Positions 23,260-36,200 of a DNA stretch of 64,000 bases are shown one piece after another; position 1 is the first letter of the stretch, and each line of letters begins with the position of its first letter. The stretch comes from Orbicella franksi (taxonomy: Eukaryota). The position numbers and the translations under genes are program-made. The DNA lies in assembly GCA_964199315.1 (NCBI GenBank), contig OZ116705.1, forward strand, positions 28,582,001-28,646,000. The letters run 5' to 3'. Below the pieces are notes generated by a model. The model had not been told where the DNA came from. It saw only the letters and a list, made by a program, of their open reading frames with translations, and ran no database searches.

Positions 23260-26200
23260 TCATTCGTCCACTTTTACAAACACTTTGGGTCGGGAGAAAA
23301 TTTTGATAGCACTTTCTATTTCGGAAAGTTTCCTTTCAAGTTCGGCTTTTGTTGTCTTTACACGCAGTGTGTCTACCCGTACAGGAAGTGCGTTTAATTG
23401 GGTAAGAAGCTCTGTCTGATCTGGAAGAAAAAGAAACAAAAACAATAAAATTGGAAAGAAATTATAATTGTAAATTGGCGCCTGGGATTGAGGTTGGTTG
23501 TGAGGCAGACATTACTTGATTCTTGACACAAGCTAGTGGAAAACGTTTTTTGAGTTCTCCTACATGTCACAGGAGCTTAACCTAAGACCTTCAACAGATC
23601 AATCAAACGTTCTAACACTTTATTAAATTACAGGAATTTCTTGGGAACCAAATTGTAGGTCATACATGTATAACTACGTTACATCATTTTTACGGTGTAC
23701 CAAAATGTGTTAAAAGTAGAAAATCTCAGATAACAGAGGTAGTTTAGCACAGAACTTAAGACTAGGAAAGAAAAAAGGGCAAATTGCCTGGCTGTGAGGT
23801 TGATTCTGCCTACCTGGTTTGACAATGTAGAGGAAAGTTCTCCTTATAAAGAAGTTGATTTCAAAAAGTTTTGACACCCGGTAAAAATAGGTACTTAAAG
23901 GGTACATGTGTGGGATACGTGGATCCAGAATGCAATGCAATCTTTGCAACTCATTTACATTAACGGACACGAACAGATGACAATAGTGTGGGATACCTGA
24001 TACCACACTAAAACCAGTTGCTTTTCTACTAAAAATGTTGAAAAATGATAGATTTAAAGGCTAGAAAAGTCTACATTTTACAATTTTGTTGTTGTCAGAA
24101 CCAAACACTCGATATAGTACTCATACTTGTCAGCAGAAACTTCTGCGACTTACTCTTTTGAAGGCTAGCCAATGTCTGTAGTCGTTCTTCCCTTGGCATT
24201 AGCGTGTGTCCAGGGGGGACACTGGGATCTGGCATGTTAGCAATTCTTATCGCTTCTTCTTCCTTCCATTGTTGTTGACGAACTTTAAGGCTGAAAATAA
24301 TCATATTCATGGCATTGAGCATGGTTGCTTTCTTTGAAACTCAAAATCCTAATTCTCCTGAACGAATCATATACACAAGTTTCTATTTGGGTTTTGAGAA
24401 GTACGTAGTACATCATGAAAGTTCTTCAATCATTACTAACAAGTTCCAAACTAGTGAGAAGCATGCTGACCTGATGGCTATTGCACTGGACTGAGCCATT
24501 CAGGTTTTAGTGCTGGCTTACGCCAAGGTATTTTATTCTTGGGGAGACAATTTACTCTAGCAATGTCTCTTAGGACAATGCGTCAGAATGGTGGGGAGAC
24601 CTGTGATGACCTAGCATCCCATCCAGGGATCCTAGCAAGTCTTTTACCAACTGCTACATTTAGCACTTTTCCTTTCACCTCCAAGAATTGGGTGGAACAA
24701 CAAGAATCACCACGCAGTAACACATGTGACTGAAGAGGCTGCAAGAGTGAGCCAAGCCAAACTCGCAGGTTATCTATTGCTAGAATACACCATTACATAC
24801 AGGATGCCGTCTTGAATTTATATAAGAACAAAATTAATTCTCAAACCTAATTTTAACAAAGTGTTGTAACCATGTAAAGATAATTTAGATTTTGAGCCTG
24901 TATACTCACTACTTGGGTACTTTTCCTCTTTGATAACGTTTCTCCTCTTCCTGCTTCTTGGCTGCTAACTTCTCGGCTGCAACCACTGAGGGTGGGCGTG
25001 GTCTGAGAGGTGAGGGAGCATGGCGAACATTTTGACCAATATGATTGACATTTTTCACTTGTGGTTTGTGCTGCAATAATAAACGACAATAATCAGTGAG
25101 GAGAACATGTTATAACAGACATACAAATCTAGATCAAAACTCTAGCAGCTCACAGAACCATATACCCACATAACAGTCATACCTGTTATCAGTTACAATG
25201 TATAACACTTCACTGAATCTCTACTTTCTTTAGGCAGGGCATTTGTCCACAATTTTTGATGAAAACAGTGGTGAACAACAACTTAAGATCTGCCATTTTC
25301 TAAGTATTCCATGACCCGTACGAACCCTGCTGTATAAGCTGTAACAACAATTACAACATCAACAAGCTTTATTTCCCCTTGTTCTCACATACCGGTATAT
25401 ATTTTTACAAAATTAATACTTTATATTAATAGAATTAGGGGCAGTGGCTTCCTGAAATAACTAGAGAGTTAAAAAGAGCAGGCAGCTTAGGTCTTAATAC
25501 AAATTTAGGTCAGTACACACACCTATTATATGGTTAGCTCCGTGAGCGGACAAGATGAATCAAATCCTGCATTGTGATTGGCTACCCGAGCGAGCAAGAT
25601 GGAGCTATCTTGCCTGCTTGGGACTACCTGCCATATCCTGCAAGAAAAATTTCCCCAAAAGCCATATAATAAATCCTTTATTGACCAAGCTTGTTCGGTC
25701 AAGATGGCTGGATATTGGCCTCCGTCTCGGTCCATAAACTCGCAAAAAAAGAACTTGGCCAATATCTAGCCATCTTTTTTTCACACTTGGTCAATAACCC
25801 ATATATACAAAACAGAACACATAGTGAGCACTAAATAAATACTGTTCGCCCATGAATCTCACACCGCTGAGTAAACTGGATAGACTTTTGTGTCCTCAGC
25901 AACTGATGCTCACCTCTTTAGCAATAGTTGCCTTAGGAACAGTCAACTTCATCTCGCGTGGAATAACAGGCTCACATGATGTGGGTCGGTCCTTGACTGG
26001 AGGACCATTTCTTGAACCAGCTCGAAGAAATGTTGCAGAGTTCGATCTCTGTAGAGGGGGAGGAGGAGCCTATATACAATAGTGACAAAGGAAAAAACTG
26101 ACTTAAAATATGAAGGCATACATAATGTACATGTATACCATAGAATTCCAATAACCTCCACTCCCCTTCCCCCTGTAGCCTTTCGATCGGAAAAATATAA

Positions 26201-26409
26201 TAATCAAAGCATAAAATGAGACTTCTATCAGGTGTAAAAATCCACAGAATCATCTCCTTCCTTCTGAAAAGAAAATAAAAAAATCCTTCTGTTGAACTCA
26301 CATCCTTACATTCTGAGTAGAAAACATTCCAAGTAGAACTTGATTTGCTGGGGTGTAAATTAAGGAGGCAAAGAAAAATGTCAGTGCCCCATATTTACAT
26401 AATTAGTTT

Positions 26410-26440
<31 letters not shown>

Positions 26441-28519
26441 ATGTGGCAAAATTGTTTTCTAATCCTCATTTTGCAAAACACAAGTTACAATTTTTCTTTT
26501 CTTAACTTGGGCAATCTTAGAAACAAAAGGATTAACCAGACAACAAAATTTTACAAACCTTGATTTCGTGTGCCACTTTCGAGTCAACATGATCAAACTT
26601 TCCTGGCTTATAAACCGCTTTCACTGGTTCATTAGTGCCAGATTCTCGTTGCTTTTCTCGATTTGCCTTCTGGATTTCCTTAATCCGATGCACATTTTCC
26701 TTTGCAAAATTCTTGGATTGTGCCGAGGCTACAAAGAGACATTGTAATGAATCAGCTCAGGAAAGACAGACTTTATGTTATCCTTTCACAAAGCCTCTCC
26801 CAACATAGGTGTGCTTTATTTGGATTGTTCAGTACAGTGATCATGTGATCAGGAAATTATGTGAAACAAGTATTACTCTCACAATACTGAAACATTAAAA
26901 CTAACCTTACCTTAACCCTACAGCTTTGCCTGATCAGGTCTTACATATAACTACAAATCTCCCATTCGCACTCTGTCACGTTAATTCTAGTATGAGCACG
27001 AGTTCGTCTATGGTACCAAGTAATTTGATAGCATGACCAATTTAATATTAGCTCAGTAATTGACCAGTCTCTTGCTTATTAATCATTTAGTTAATCTGAG
27101 ATACAAACACACAAATGAGTGTGAAGTCCGAGATAAAATTTAACTTAAATCAAGTAACGGTCCATATAAGAAGGAAAACACCACATGGCAAGGAATGCAA
27201 ATAGGTGCTAACTTTTGTGCAACTTTGCTATTGTTGTATCGTACTTCTGACTGGTTCAATCAGCAAAATCTAACAAAACTTCAGAAAGCTGTACATGTGC
27301 TTATCTGCAACTGATCAACTATCTTTCTTTCAACAAAACTTCTTCTGAGTCTAAATACCACAGCAATCCTATGTAGGGAACATTGGAAAATTGGAAACTT
27401 TTATTGTTTTTGTTTATGACTGTTGTGATTGGTTGAAATGTTTCAACACAAAGGAAACTACCTTTCAAAATAGAGTTTAAATACATTTTATTTCATAAAC
27501 CTGCTTTCCATCAGTTGATACATTCTCCGTATGAAAGCACAACCATTTCAATGTGGGGAAAGCATATTGCCGCAGAACAATAGAAAATGTGACAGTTCTA
27601 ATCTGGATCATTACTTAAGGTCATTCCCCAGTATTACATTGCGCATCCCTACTGCGCATAATTTCAAGCGTGATTAGCATGTGCGCATTAAAAAATGGTG
27701 GCTTTTTCTTTACGGCTGGATCTCGTATAGAGGTAAATCGTCATTTTCTCGCAAAAGAGTATGGTGACCTATCATTTTTTTCTGTTGTTTTGAATTGAGT
27801 AATAGATTTCTCTGTGTAAAATAAATATGGACAATTCTCAGTGTAGAACAAAACCATTCGTCGGAAACGTAAATTTAGCAAGCAATCGTGACTACAATCA
27901 TGGTGCTATTATAAGGATTTATTGGGTATAAACAAGGTGCTGTTGCTCCTAAACGAACATGGGGATCCCTCATTTTTATTTCAAAATTTAAGTTCCTCTA
28001 CTATAACCAATCAATAGGCAAAGTTTCACAAAAATCTCAGTGCAGATTCTGTTTCAGTGGAATGACCTTAATAGCGTCAAAAACCTTTTTGACATCTCAC
28101 GAGATGTGAGCATATTCATGGCTTCAAATGTAAACACTCCATTGAGAATGATCAGCAAGTGTCGTTTACAAACACACCGATCTTCACTTTACTGTCAGAA
28201 GACGAGATATTCTTCTGGGATTTACATGGGCAAGGGTCTGAAAGTGTTTTTACGCTGAAACTGTACGTTCTAAGTGCATTGTAAGCTAATATGAGCTTAA
28301 CTATGACTTACAGGGTCTTGATCCGATAGAGTATGGTCTTCCTTGAGGATTAAACAACTGCGCCAGAGTTCCCTGGTTCTTGATTGCATTAGAAAGCGCT
28401 TCGGGCTTCACTCGTGCTTTCGGTAGCCTTTCTGCATAGACTGGACTGTATCTATCAGCGCTAGAAGGCCTTCGTGTATCAAATCCAGGGTCTGTAGGTA
28501 TCGTCCAAGTCGAAAGCAT
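23260..28519 (-). CDS. ENKD1: Enkurin domain-containing protein 1 (6 exons, 330 aa)
   Basis: Exons 28519-28312, 26728-26559, 26069-25914, 25070-24910, 24290-24154 and 23420-23260 are all GT-AG, phase-consistent and total 993 nt. Motifs [53 protein letters not shown] and the C-terminus [27 protein letters not shown] match ENKD1. Confidence 0.95.
25527..25808. repeat. Interspersed repeat in an ENKD1 intron
   Basis: Internally repeated CGAGC(G)..CAAGATG units and AT-rich ends. A related layout (AGCCAATCAG/GATTGGCT motifs) recurs elsewhere in the window. Confidence 0.45.
26408..26440. repeat. (TGT)n microsatellite
   Basis: About 10 TGT units. Confidence 0.9.
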
Positions 28520-28876
28520 TTTCTAGTTCACGACTTGAGATTTCCTTTAGTATCAATCGATTGACGACAGATCGCGAAATTTTATCCCTGGATTTTCATG
28601 GGTCATAGTTCCGTTTGGTTCTGAACGTTTTACGATGCAAGTCCACGAAGAATTTCACCACGATTTTCTCGGGTTTTCAACAACAAAAGCTTACTTCCTA
28701 CATGTATTTTCCGTTGGTATGCTAAACAACTAAAGCATGTCCCACAAGGCAACGGAGGCATGTTGCCATGTAACCGCTGTACACAGAAATCGCTCGCTTG
28801 AATTACCCGGTTCGTACCCAGGAAACGGATCATCCAGGATCTGCTCGTGCATTTAAATCCAAGATGGCGGCTTGAC

Positions 28877-29060
28877 TAGCCCGCGTAACAGACGTTTCCT
28901 TTCCTTTCCAGGCGGAGAGATCGAACAAGCGATCGAGCAAACGGGCGAGCTAAGGAACACGCCTGGGGTGAGAAAAGAAATGGGGAGAAGTGGGGAGGGG
29001 CTTCACCCCCTCCCCCTGCTCCTTAGTTTTTGCACTCGCTCTCGCGTGCTTTTTTGGAAA
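28877..29060. mobile_element. TAGCC-ended MITE with 9-bp TSD; right TIR mostly deleted
   Basis: CGGCTTGAC flanks both sides (28868-28876 and 29061-29069). The left end is TAGCCCGCGTAACAGACGTTTCC; only GGAAA(CG) remains of the right TIR. Confidence 0.65.
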
Positions 29061-30294
29061 CGGCTTGACCGGCTTTCATTTTTTTACGATTTTGTGGTTT
29101 CTTGCACGATATGTAATAAAAAGTTGCCGAAAAAAATAAATTTCCCACAACAGGGTAGGGCTACAAAATCTGAGAGAATACAAACAAACGTTAACATGGT
29201 TAAGGTCAGTGTTTCGCCATTTATCTTGCATTTGCGCGCCGTCTGGAGCCCTAGAAAATAAATCCCTGCGATAAAAAGGTAGGGCTATATACCCTCCCCC
29301 TCCGCAGTCCCTGCCCAAAAATTTTCTCCGCTAAAAATTTACTACACTGGCAAAAACATATAATGGTAATTGAATTGAGTGCAGTGCAATTTGTACAGGT
29401 AATCATACGGTTTCGAGTTCAATTTGGAATTAACCCACAAGTGAAAATTAATTCTAAATTGAACGAGGAAATCCGTATGATTACTTATTACGTCTGAAAA
29501 TCATACGCGTGATTTGAAAATCGAACGAGCGTGCAGCGCGAGATTCGATTTGAAATCACAAGTATAATTTTAGGTCAAAATTGTACTCCACTTTATTACA
29601 TTCGCTTTGAAATCGCACAATTTCATAGCCGAAATACAAGAATTTCGTTAGTACCAAAATTTGCCAAACAATAGCTTTTTTGTCTTTCAGTCTCCTGGAA
29701 TGTGATTCTTTAGTTTGAAAAAGCCTTGAAATCTGATTGGTTGTTTCGTTTTCGTATTCCATTCTCATTGGTCAGGAAAAAGATTCAATTTAGAGCAAAA
29801 AATAGTGCAATTCGTGAATAAATCACCCTGCTGAGAGCCATTTAAAGGCTAGAGGGGATTATTTCAGGCTCAGAGTTAGTTATAGCTAGCCCGGGCTAGC
29901 TAGTTATTGTCGCTGAGAGTTAGTATAGTCTGCAGTTTACACTTATCGACAGAAAGAAATACAGATGCCGCTAGCTTAGAAAAAAGTTTTTGGTTAACTA
30001 ACTTTTCTATCCAAAGATTTATTCTGCCTATGACGAAAAGGGTCCAAAACACAGAGCAAATGCGGTTGTTGATTTAGTTTTTATAAAGAGTTTATTTCTT
30101 AAGTTATCAATTTTACAATTTGCGAATAACTGTCCTCCAAGCTGCAATTTTATTACTAGCTAATATTTCCACTAGACTTATTTTTCGTCCCAGCCTCATA
30201 TTAGACCTACGTTTATATCAAAAGACCTGACAAACTAAAACGAACTCGCAAAAGGCGGAACAAATGTAGAAATCACGTCTGAAATTATTTATCA

Positions 30295-33200
30295 TCATTC
30301 GTTGGGGTCAAGGCTGCATTTGCGGCGGAATTCTTGTCCACGAATATGTAACCACTTATTGGCAACTGAAAAAGAACATCAAAGAAAAACATTGTGCTGT
30401 TAAATATGCTGTAAAGTGTTTTAAAAACAATCAGTGAAAGTTCTAGCACAGCGTGTCCCTTACTTCTGTTTTCCCGCGCTTTACACTGGTCATGTGTCTA
30501 GCTTCGAGCGGTGATTGGCTTACTGCATTACTTACGTGCTGCAGTGGGTCACCTAGTCTCCGTGACAGCCTCCTTTTGGGGTCCACCAACTAGGAAATGG
30601 GGAGGGAGGTGGAGGGAACATTGTGTGACCACCCAGAAAGACAGCTTTGAAGGAGACTATGGGTCACCGAGATATCATAACTTGGCAGAGAGGTCTTGTA
30701 TTAATAATTACGCAATGAGTCCGAGTTCTCTGACAGCAAATAGTCAAGGAGGGCCAGAAGAGTTGACTACGAAGGGCAACCAAGCAATTTACCATTTAAA
30801 TGTGGGAAGGATGGGGTGGGACGGGACGGGACGGGAAAAGGGCCCTAGGGACGAGGTTGAACGAGGGGAAGTAGACAGATTTTTTTAATGAACGCTATAA
30901 AGGTCAACAGATAATAATCATAAACCTACAAAATTTAGTTATTTTCTAAGCCATAAATCAAGAAAAATTGTCTCTTTCAATGGATATACATGCGAAATAA
31001 TTCGAGGATGAAAAATTCGCAGATTTCAAATAGAACACGTCGATTGACTTTCCAGTAGCCAGAAAATAATTGCATTTAACGCGGAATTAACCTTTGTCAG
31101 TTTTAGATCTGACTTGCCTTAGCTTAGCTTGACCTCTTAAAATATTTTAATTTCGTTTTGTTTCCTATTGGCCGATCAAACTTTGGGGGAAGTAGGCACC
31201 AATCCCATTTACAGACTCACCCCATTTATTTCCGCAGAGGACTGGGCATGCCGCATGCTCTGTTTCGTAATCTCCTTTCCCTGATCTCTTGAGGTTATAC
31301 CAGAACGCTGCATCACCCTGTAAACACGTCAGGAAATGACGTTAAAAGCTAGTATAATGGAATCAAGAAAGTGGAACAAAACAGGTCTGACAAAACCGGT
31401 CTGACAGGCTTTCAAAGTTTCTTACCATCGACGGACTCACAAAAGTTTTCGCTTTCGTAAATACTGTGTAACCTCCCCTGTTGACGTCATTAAGCTATAG
31501 AACCAAGCAGAAAAGTAGATTTTTATGTCAGTTAGCATTTTTCGAGATCCAACAACTTTTTCTCATTCTTAGAAAAAGAAAGTAAATTACTTTACTTTTT
31601 ATTTAATTTGCTATTTTTTTTAATGTGAACCGATGGCTAGGTCTGTGATGGGGTTGTTCTAAAGCCAACTGAAACTTTAAAATTCAGCAAGCGAAACAGA
31701 CGTACGAGTCTAACAGCTCTTAATAGAAACGAAACAAAAAAAATTGAAATATTTTGACAAATTATGAGTCTTGCCCTATGAATAATGGTTCTAAGATTCA
31801 GGTTTGTTTCTGGGTAGAATATAGAATTACTTTCAGAATGTAAACTTTTTTTTTCCTTACATAAATAAGAACTGTGGCGACTCGGTTTCCATTCGGAGAG
31901 ACATCTAAGGGTGAGCCTGGGTCCTAACAGTCGAAACAAACAATTAGTCGGTACACAATTATATACTCTTGACTGGCGATCTAGTGATCTCAGAAGGTAA
32001 TGTTTTGCTAAAGAACACTATACATTGACTCTAGCACTGCCCAGACCTGGGCAATTTAATCTCGAGAGTAGCGCTTTAGCTATGACATAAGACTACCGTG
32101 ACTCTCGCGAAAGGAACTGGATACTAAAATAAAGCAGTTTTCAATAGGCCATATTCGTATTCCCGGTATTGGACTGGAACTAGCTTGCAACTCAGGCTAA
32201 TGTGGGGAGTCTTTTCAAATGCAAATGCATGAATCTCTTTGTAAGATATTCCCCCGCCCAACGCCCCCCCCCCCCCCCCGAGCCTCCATTCCAAGCTAGT
32301 TCCAGTACGATACCGAGGATACGAATATAGTCAATTGAGTGTCGTTAAGCCAAGACCCAAGCTCTGATCATTCTGGCTAATTACAAAGGACGCAGACAAT
32401 CCAGTGAACCAATGAAAACTTGAAGCAAATACATGTAGGTGACGCGAAGCGCGGGAAAATGTGGGCTAGCGAGTCACGATTAGTTTTAGTTTTACTTCTA
32501 ATCGAAAGTTATCAACTTAATCTTGCGAAGTCAGGATTCACCGCTCAATATTTGGACGAGAGTCAATTAAAATTTTCTCTTTTCAGTGTGTTGTTAAAGA
32601 GTATATTATTATACAAAGGCTACTTACTCCAAAATCGAGGTGAAATTCATACTGACCGGCCATTCCATAGTTTGCGATCTGGTTGGTAGAAAAAACTTTT
32701 GTTTAGAGCATTGAGCATGGAAACCGAAGAAGTACATACATGTTAAAGGTGAATCAGTCCTCTCTATGTACCTTGTAAAATTAGCAAAATTAGTCAAATT
32801 TTATCGCGGTCTTTTCTAATTGGTTAAATTCTAGGTTATTACTGTTCTCATGAGTAAATCTCAGCGCCTGTAAAATAAATGACATATCTTGTATGTTAAG
32901 TTCTGAATAAAAGATATCTGTATTGATGCTTTACCTGCAATGGTTCTGCAGTACTCATTTCCAGTCCTGTCACGGCCCCAATCCGACGGTTCACCCTTGC
33001 AACGACCTCGTCATCCTCGTTTTCAAGCCAAGCGCTGTATTTTGGAACCATTTTTTCAGTAAATCACATAGTCATATGGCTCACATTTTATAATAAAACA
33101 GCACGCAATTTGTACGAGCAGTCGATCACCGTTTGCTTCATACCAGCGGTCAAACGCATCGCATGCGCATTTCCTGCTGTCATTCCCACCTAAACCATTC

Positions 33201-36200
33201 TCGTCCCTAGAGCCTCTGTTTCTTTAACGACATTTTAGAACGAGTAACACTGGGAACGAGAATGCCCCAAAACGGTCACTGTTAGAGGTATCTCGAATTT
33301 GTAAAATACTCCATTTACAGGCCAAAACTCAAGAAATTTACTGAAAACTTACGCTTTGTGCATCAAATCTGCACAGCAGATTTATTTCAATTGTTGTCCA
33401 TAGCGTCGTATTTTCATTTTCCTTTGTATTTCCGGTACGTTTTCTGACAGACATTCTTGCCGTTTTGTTTCAATCAACTTCAAGATGGCAAAGACAGACG
33501 TATCAAATGTTTTCACTCCACACTACCTCGGAGGAATTTAAAAACGCAACAATCACCGGTCATTTTGGATTTGTGTTTGAGGAAACCTCGGTCAGGAAAA
33601 TCACATGATTACCGTCATTATATCGTGACGTCATCGTTTTCGAAAAGCTCCGTTTTCTAAATGTTTTCCGTTCACACTAAAAAGCAAAGCCGCTGTTTCC
33701 AAATTCCTTCAGTTTGAAGAAAAGTCTCGTTTTCGTGACAGATTAGTGTGGACGTGTGAACGGTAGGCCTAACCGTAGAATTAAGGCGCGTTTTCGAATT
33801 CCTGCGGTGTAGGGACGGGGCCTAAATTGTTGCGTTTGAACGTTGCGCGCCTGTTTATATTATAAAGGATTAAATGGACATAATAAGTAATGAATGTAGT
33901 GGTTATCAGAAAACTTATTGACTCACTCTCTCATAGCCTGCGCAGCAAGCGTCCCCGTATACAAGACGAACCGGAAATCGAGCCTCACGAAAAATGGGGC
34001 GAGAATTGCTCTCGCCCCATTTTTGGCGCGGCTTGAATGCGAAAAAGGTCTTTCGCGCGGCGCAATGAAAAAGAACGCCTAATTAATCGCAGATTAGACC
34101 CGATTTCGCTCGGCTGGCTATACGCAGGATAACTCTCTCACCTCCTCACTCTCTAATTTCTTAAAGTGCACTGATACAGATTAAAACAGTCACCTTTTGC
34201 TTACTCTATAATGTGCGTTTTCCAGCACTCCGGTTTTTTTGTTAAACACAGTTGCTCTTCTTAGCTGTCAAATCAAGCCAAAACAAAGCGTCAGCTACTG
34301 GGAATCAAATGATAAATTTAGCAGCATTATAAAGGGTAAACCTTTAAGTAGAGTTTTCCAGATAGGAAGCCAATTTCCATGAGATCTGTGAGAGAGGTGG
34401 GTATCTTAAGTAGAACACAGGACTATCCTTGAAGAGATCCCGGGCTGACAAAGGGATTTTGCACGTAGGGCGTGAGATTTACCCCAGGGACGGAAGAAAC
34501 GCCCCTTCCTCCATCGTTTTAACCGTAGTATTACCACGGTTGAAGTAGCTGAAGTTCCCATTTTATTCTGCCCTATACTCATGATTGATAACCACAGTTA
34601 TTTTGCCCTTACGCTAGTTACGCAGCATATATTTCAAGAAAATTTTAGATTGTTGTTTCAAACCATGCGTAGTTCATGTGTTATGTTTGTTGCCGCTGTT
34701 TGCATTTTATTTCTTGTTAAATTGAAATGGTCAAAGAACAAGAGCGTTTATGATAGATTTCATGGCTTGTAGAATAATAGGTCTACCCCTTGTCTCGTGT
34801 GAACCCCCTAACAAAACGCCATAATCTACCAAGCAATAGAACAGTTTCACTCACGTGGCCAGCAGCCATACAAATTTATTGAAACAAAGAATGTGCCTCC
34901 CTAAGAAAAGAGTTCAACTCCCATAGTATTGGTTTGGAACATCAATATGGCCGCCGTTTTATTGTTCTTGTACACAAATATGGCTGCCGTGACGTCATGT
35001 ATGTGAAAACGCTCTTTACTTTCCCAATCTTGTTCCCAGGCTCTGTCTTCTTTGCCTCTCTTAGGAGGCAAACGAGAGAGAGCCTGGGAACGAGGTTGAT
35101 ACTTTCCCTACAGTTCGTATTTCAGCATACCCTGGGCGTGGCGACTTCCTTGATTCTGTTAGCCTCCGCTGTGCTCAGAAGGTTTCTAAAGATGATAAGA
35201 CGGGGTCGACGCCAAACCATTTCTACTTTAACAGGTCTGATCATAAGCAAAGGGTTCTTCTTCCCGTGATACCAACAAATCAGATTTCCTTGCGGAGTAC
35301 TCTAAGTCAGAAATGGAAAGGAAAAAACAGTTACGAGCTCAGTTAGTGAAATGTTCTGAAATTCACTGCTTCGCCATACTCGGCGAACATTACAAAGGAT
35401 GGAAATTTTCTTTTAAGCAACTTCCAGTCGTCACCGAACAAAATTTCTTGCCACATGTTATGGAATTCGCTGCTTTTGTATTTTCAAAACATTTTTACTC
35501 GGCAATATCTACCTAAGGGAGGTCCACTTTTTACAGATATCGACCTTCGGGAGGTATTTCGCCAGCTCGTAAAATGTCGGTCCGACGTTTTTCCATGCAA
35601 ATTTTCCCGAAAGTAATCCGTTTTTATCTTCTCCAATTTTGCCGATTCATGTCCCTTTTTGGCTGTCAGGTCTCTGTTTCGTTTGGGTTTTTCTACCGTT
35701 TTAAGCCGCTATTGTGATATTTCAGTTAATTCTGAAGCAAATTCATCCACTCAAAAACTGCTTAAAATTGCTTGACCTAATCTCTTTAAGCATTTCCCAT
35801 TCTCCTATCACAGACTGCGATAATAAGAAGCAGTTGGGTTTGCTGTGGCTATTCGAAGTTGGTTTACAGATGTCATTCCAATTATAGAAGCCATTACTGC
35901 AGAACAAATGGAAAGAAGAGAGAGGACTGGTACCTTGCTCGTATCGCCCCTGCACAGGCTCGCGTATTCTCCACTTGTAAAAGTAGTCGTGGTAATTTCT
36001 TCTTCTTTCGCCTTTATTTGCTCATGGGTGTCACGTGTGTTTTGTTCAGCAGCTCTTCTGTAGTGCATAACATTCTCTTTTGCCTGGGTGCTGTTGGGAG
36101 CTGTTTAAAAACATGTGAACAGTTTTTATTTCTGAAAAAACGAAGACTATAGGCCGCAAGCGCACTTTAAAGTGGAATAAAGAAATAAATAAAATATCTT

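Noticed and set aside
34490-34550. Acceptor-like CTTCAG|CTACTT on the minus strand as a second loop exon of P4HA(-)
   Set aside because: Phase 0 gives LLQPW* and there is no RAT or YRxSK motif.
35743-35955. ORF (..LFCSNG..CKP..KPNCF..GEWEMLKEI) loosely resembling the P4HA exon after LCRG
   Set aside because: It is out of frame with exon 5, and a 37-nt intron would lead into TAA. The true homologous exon is at 35301-35131 with much better similarity.
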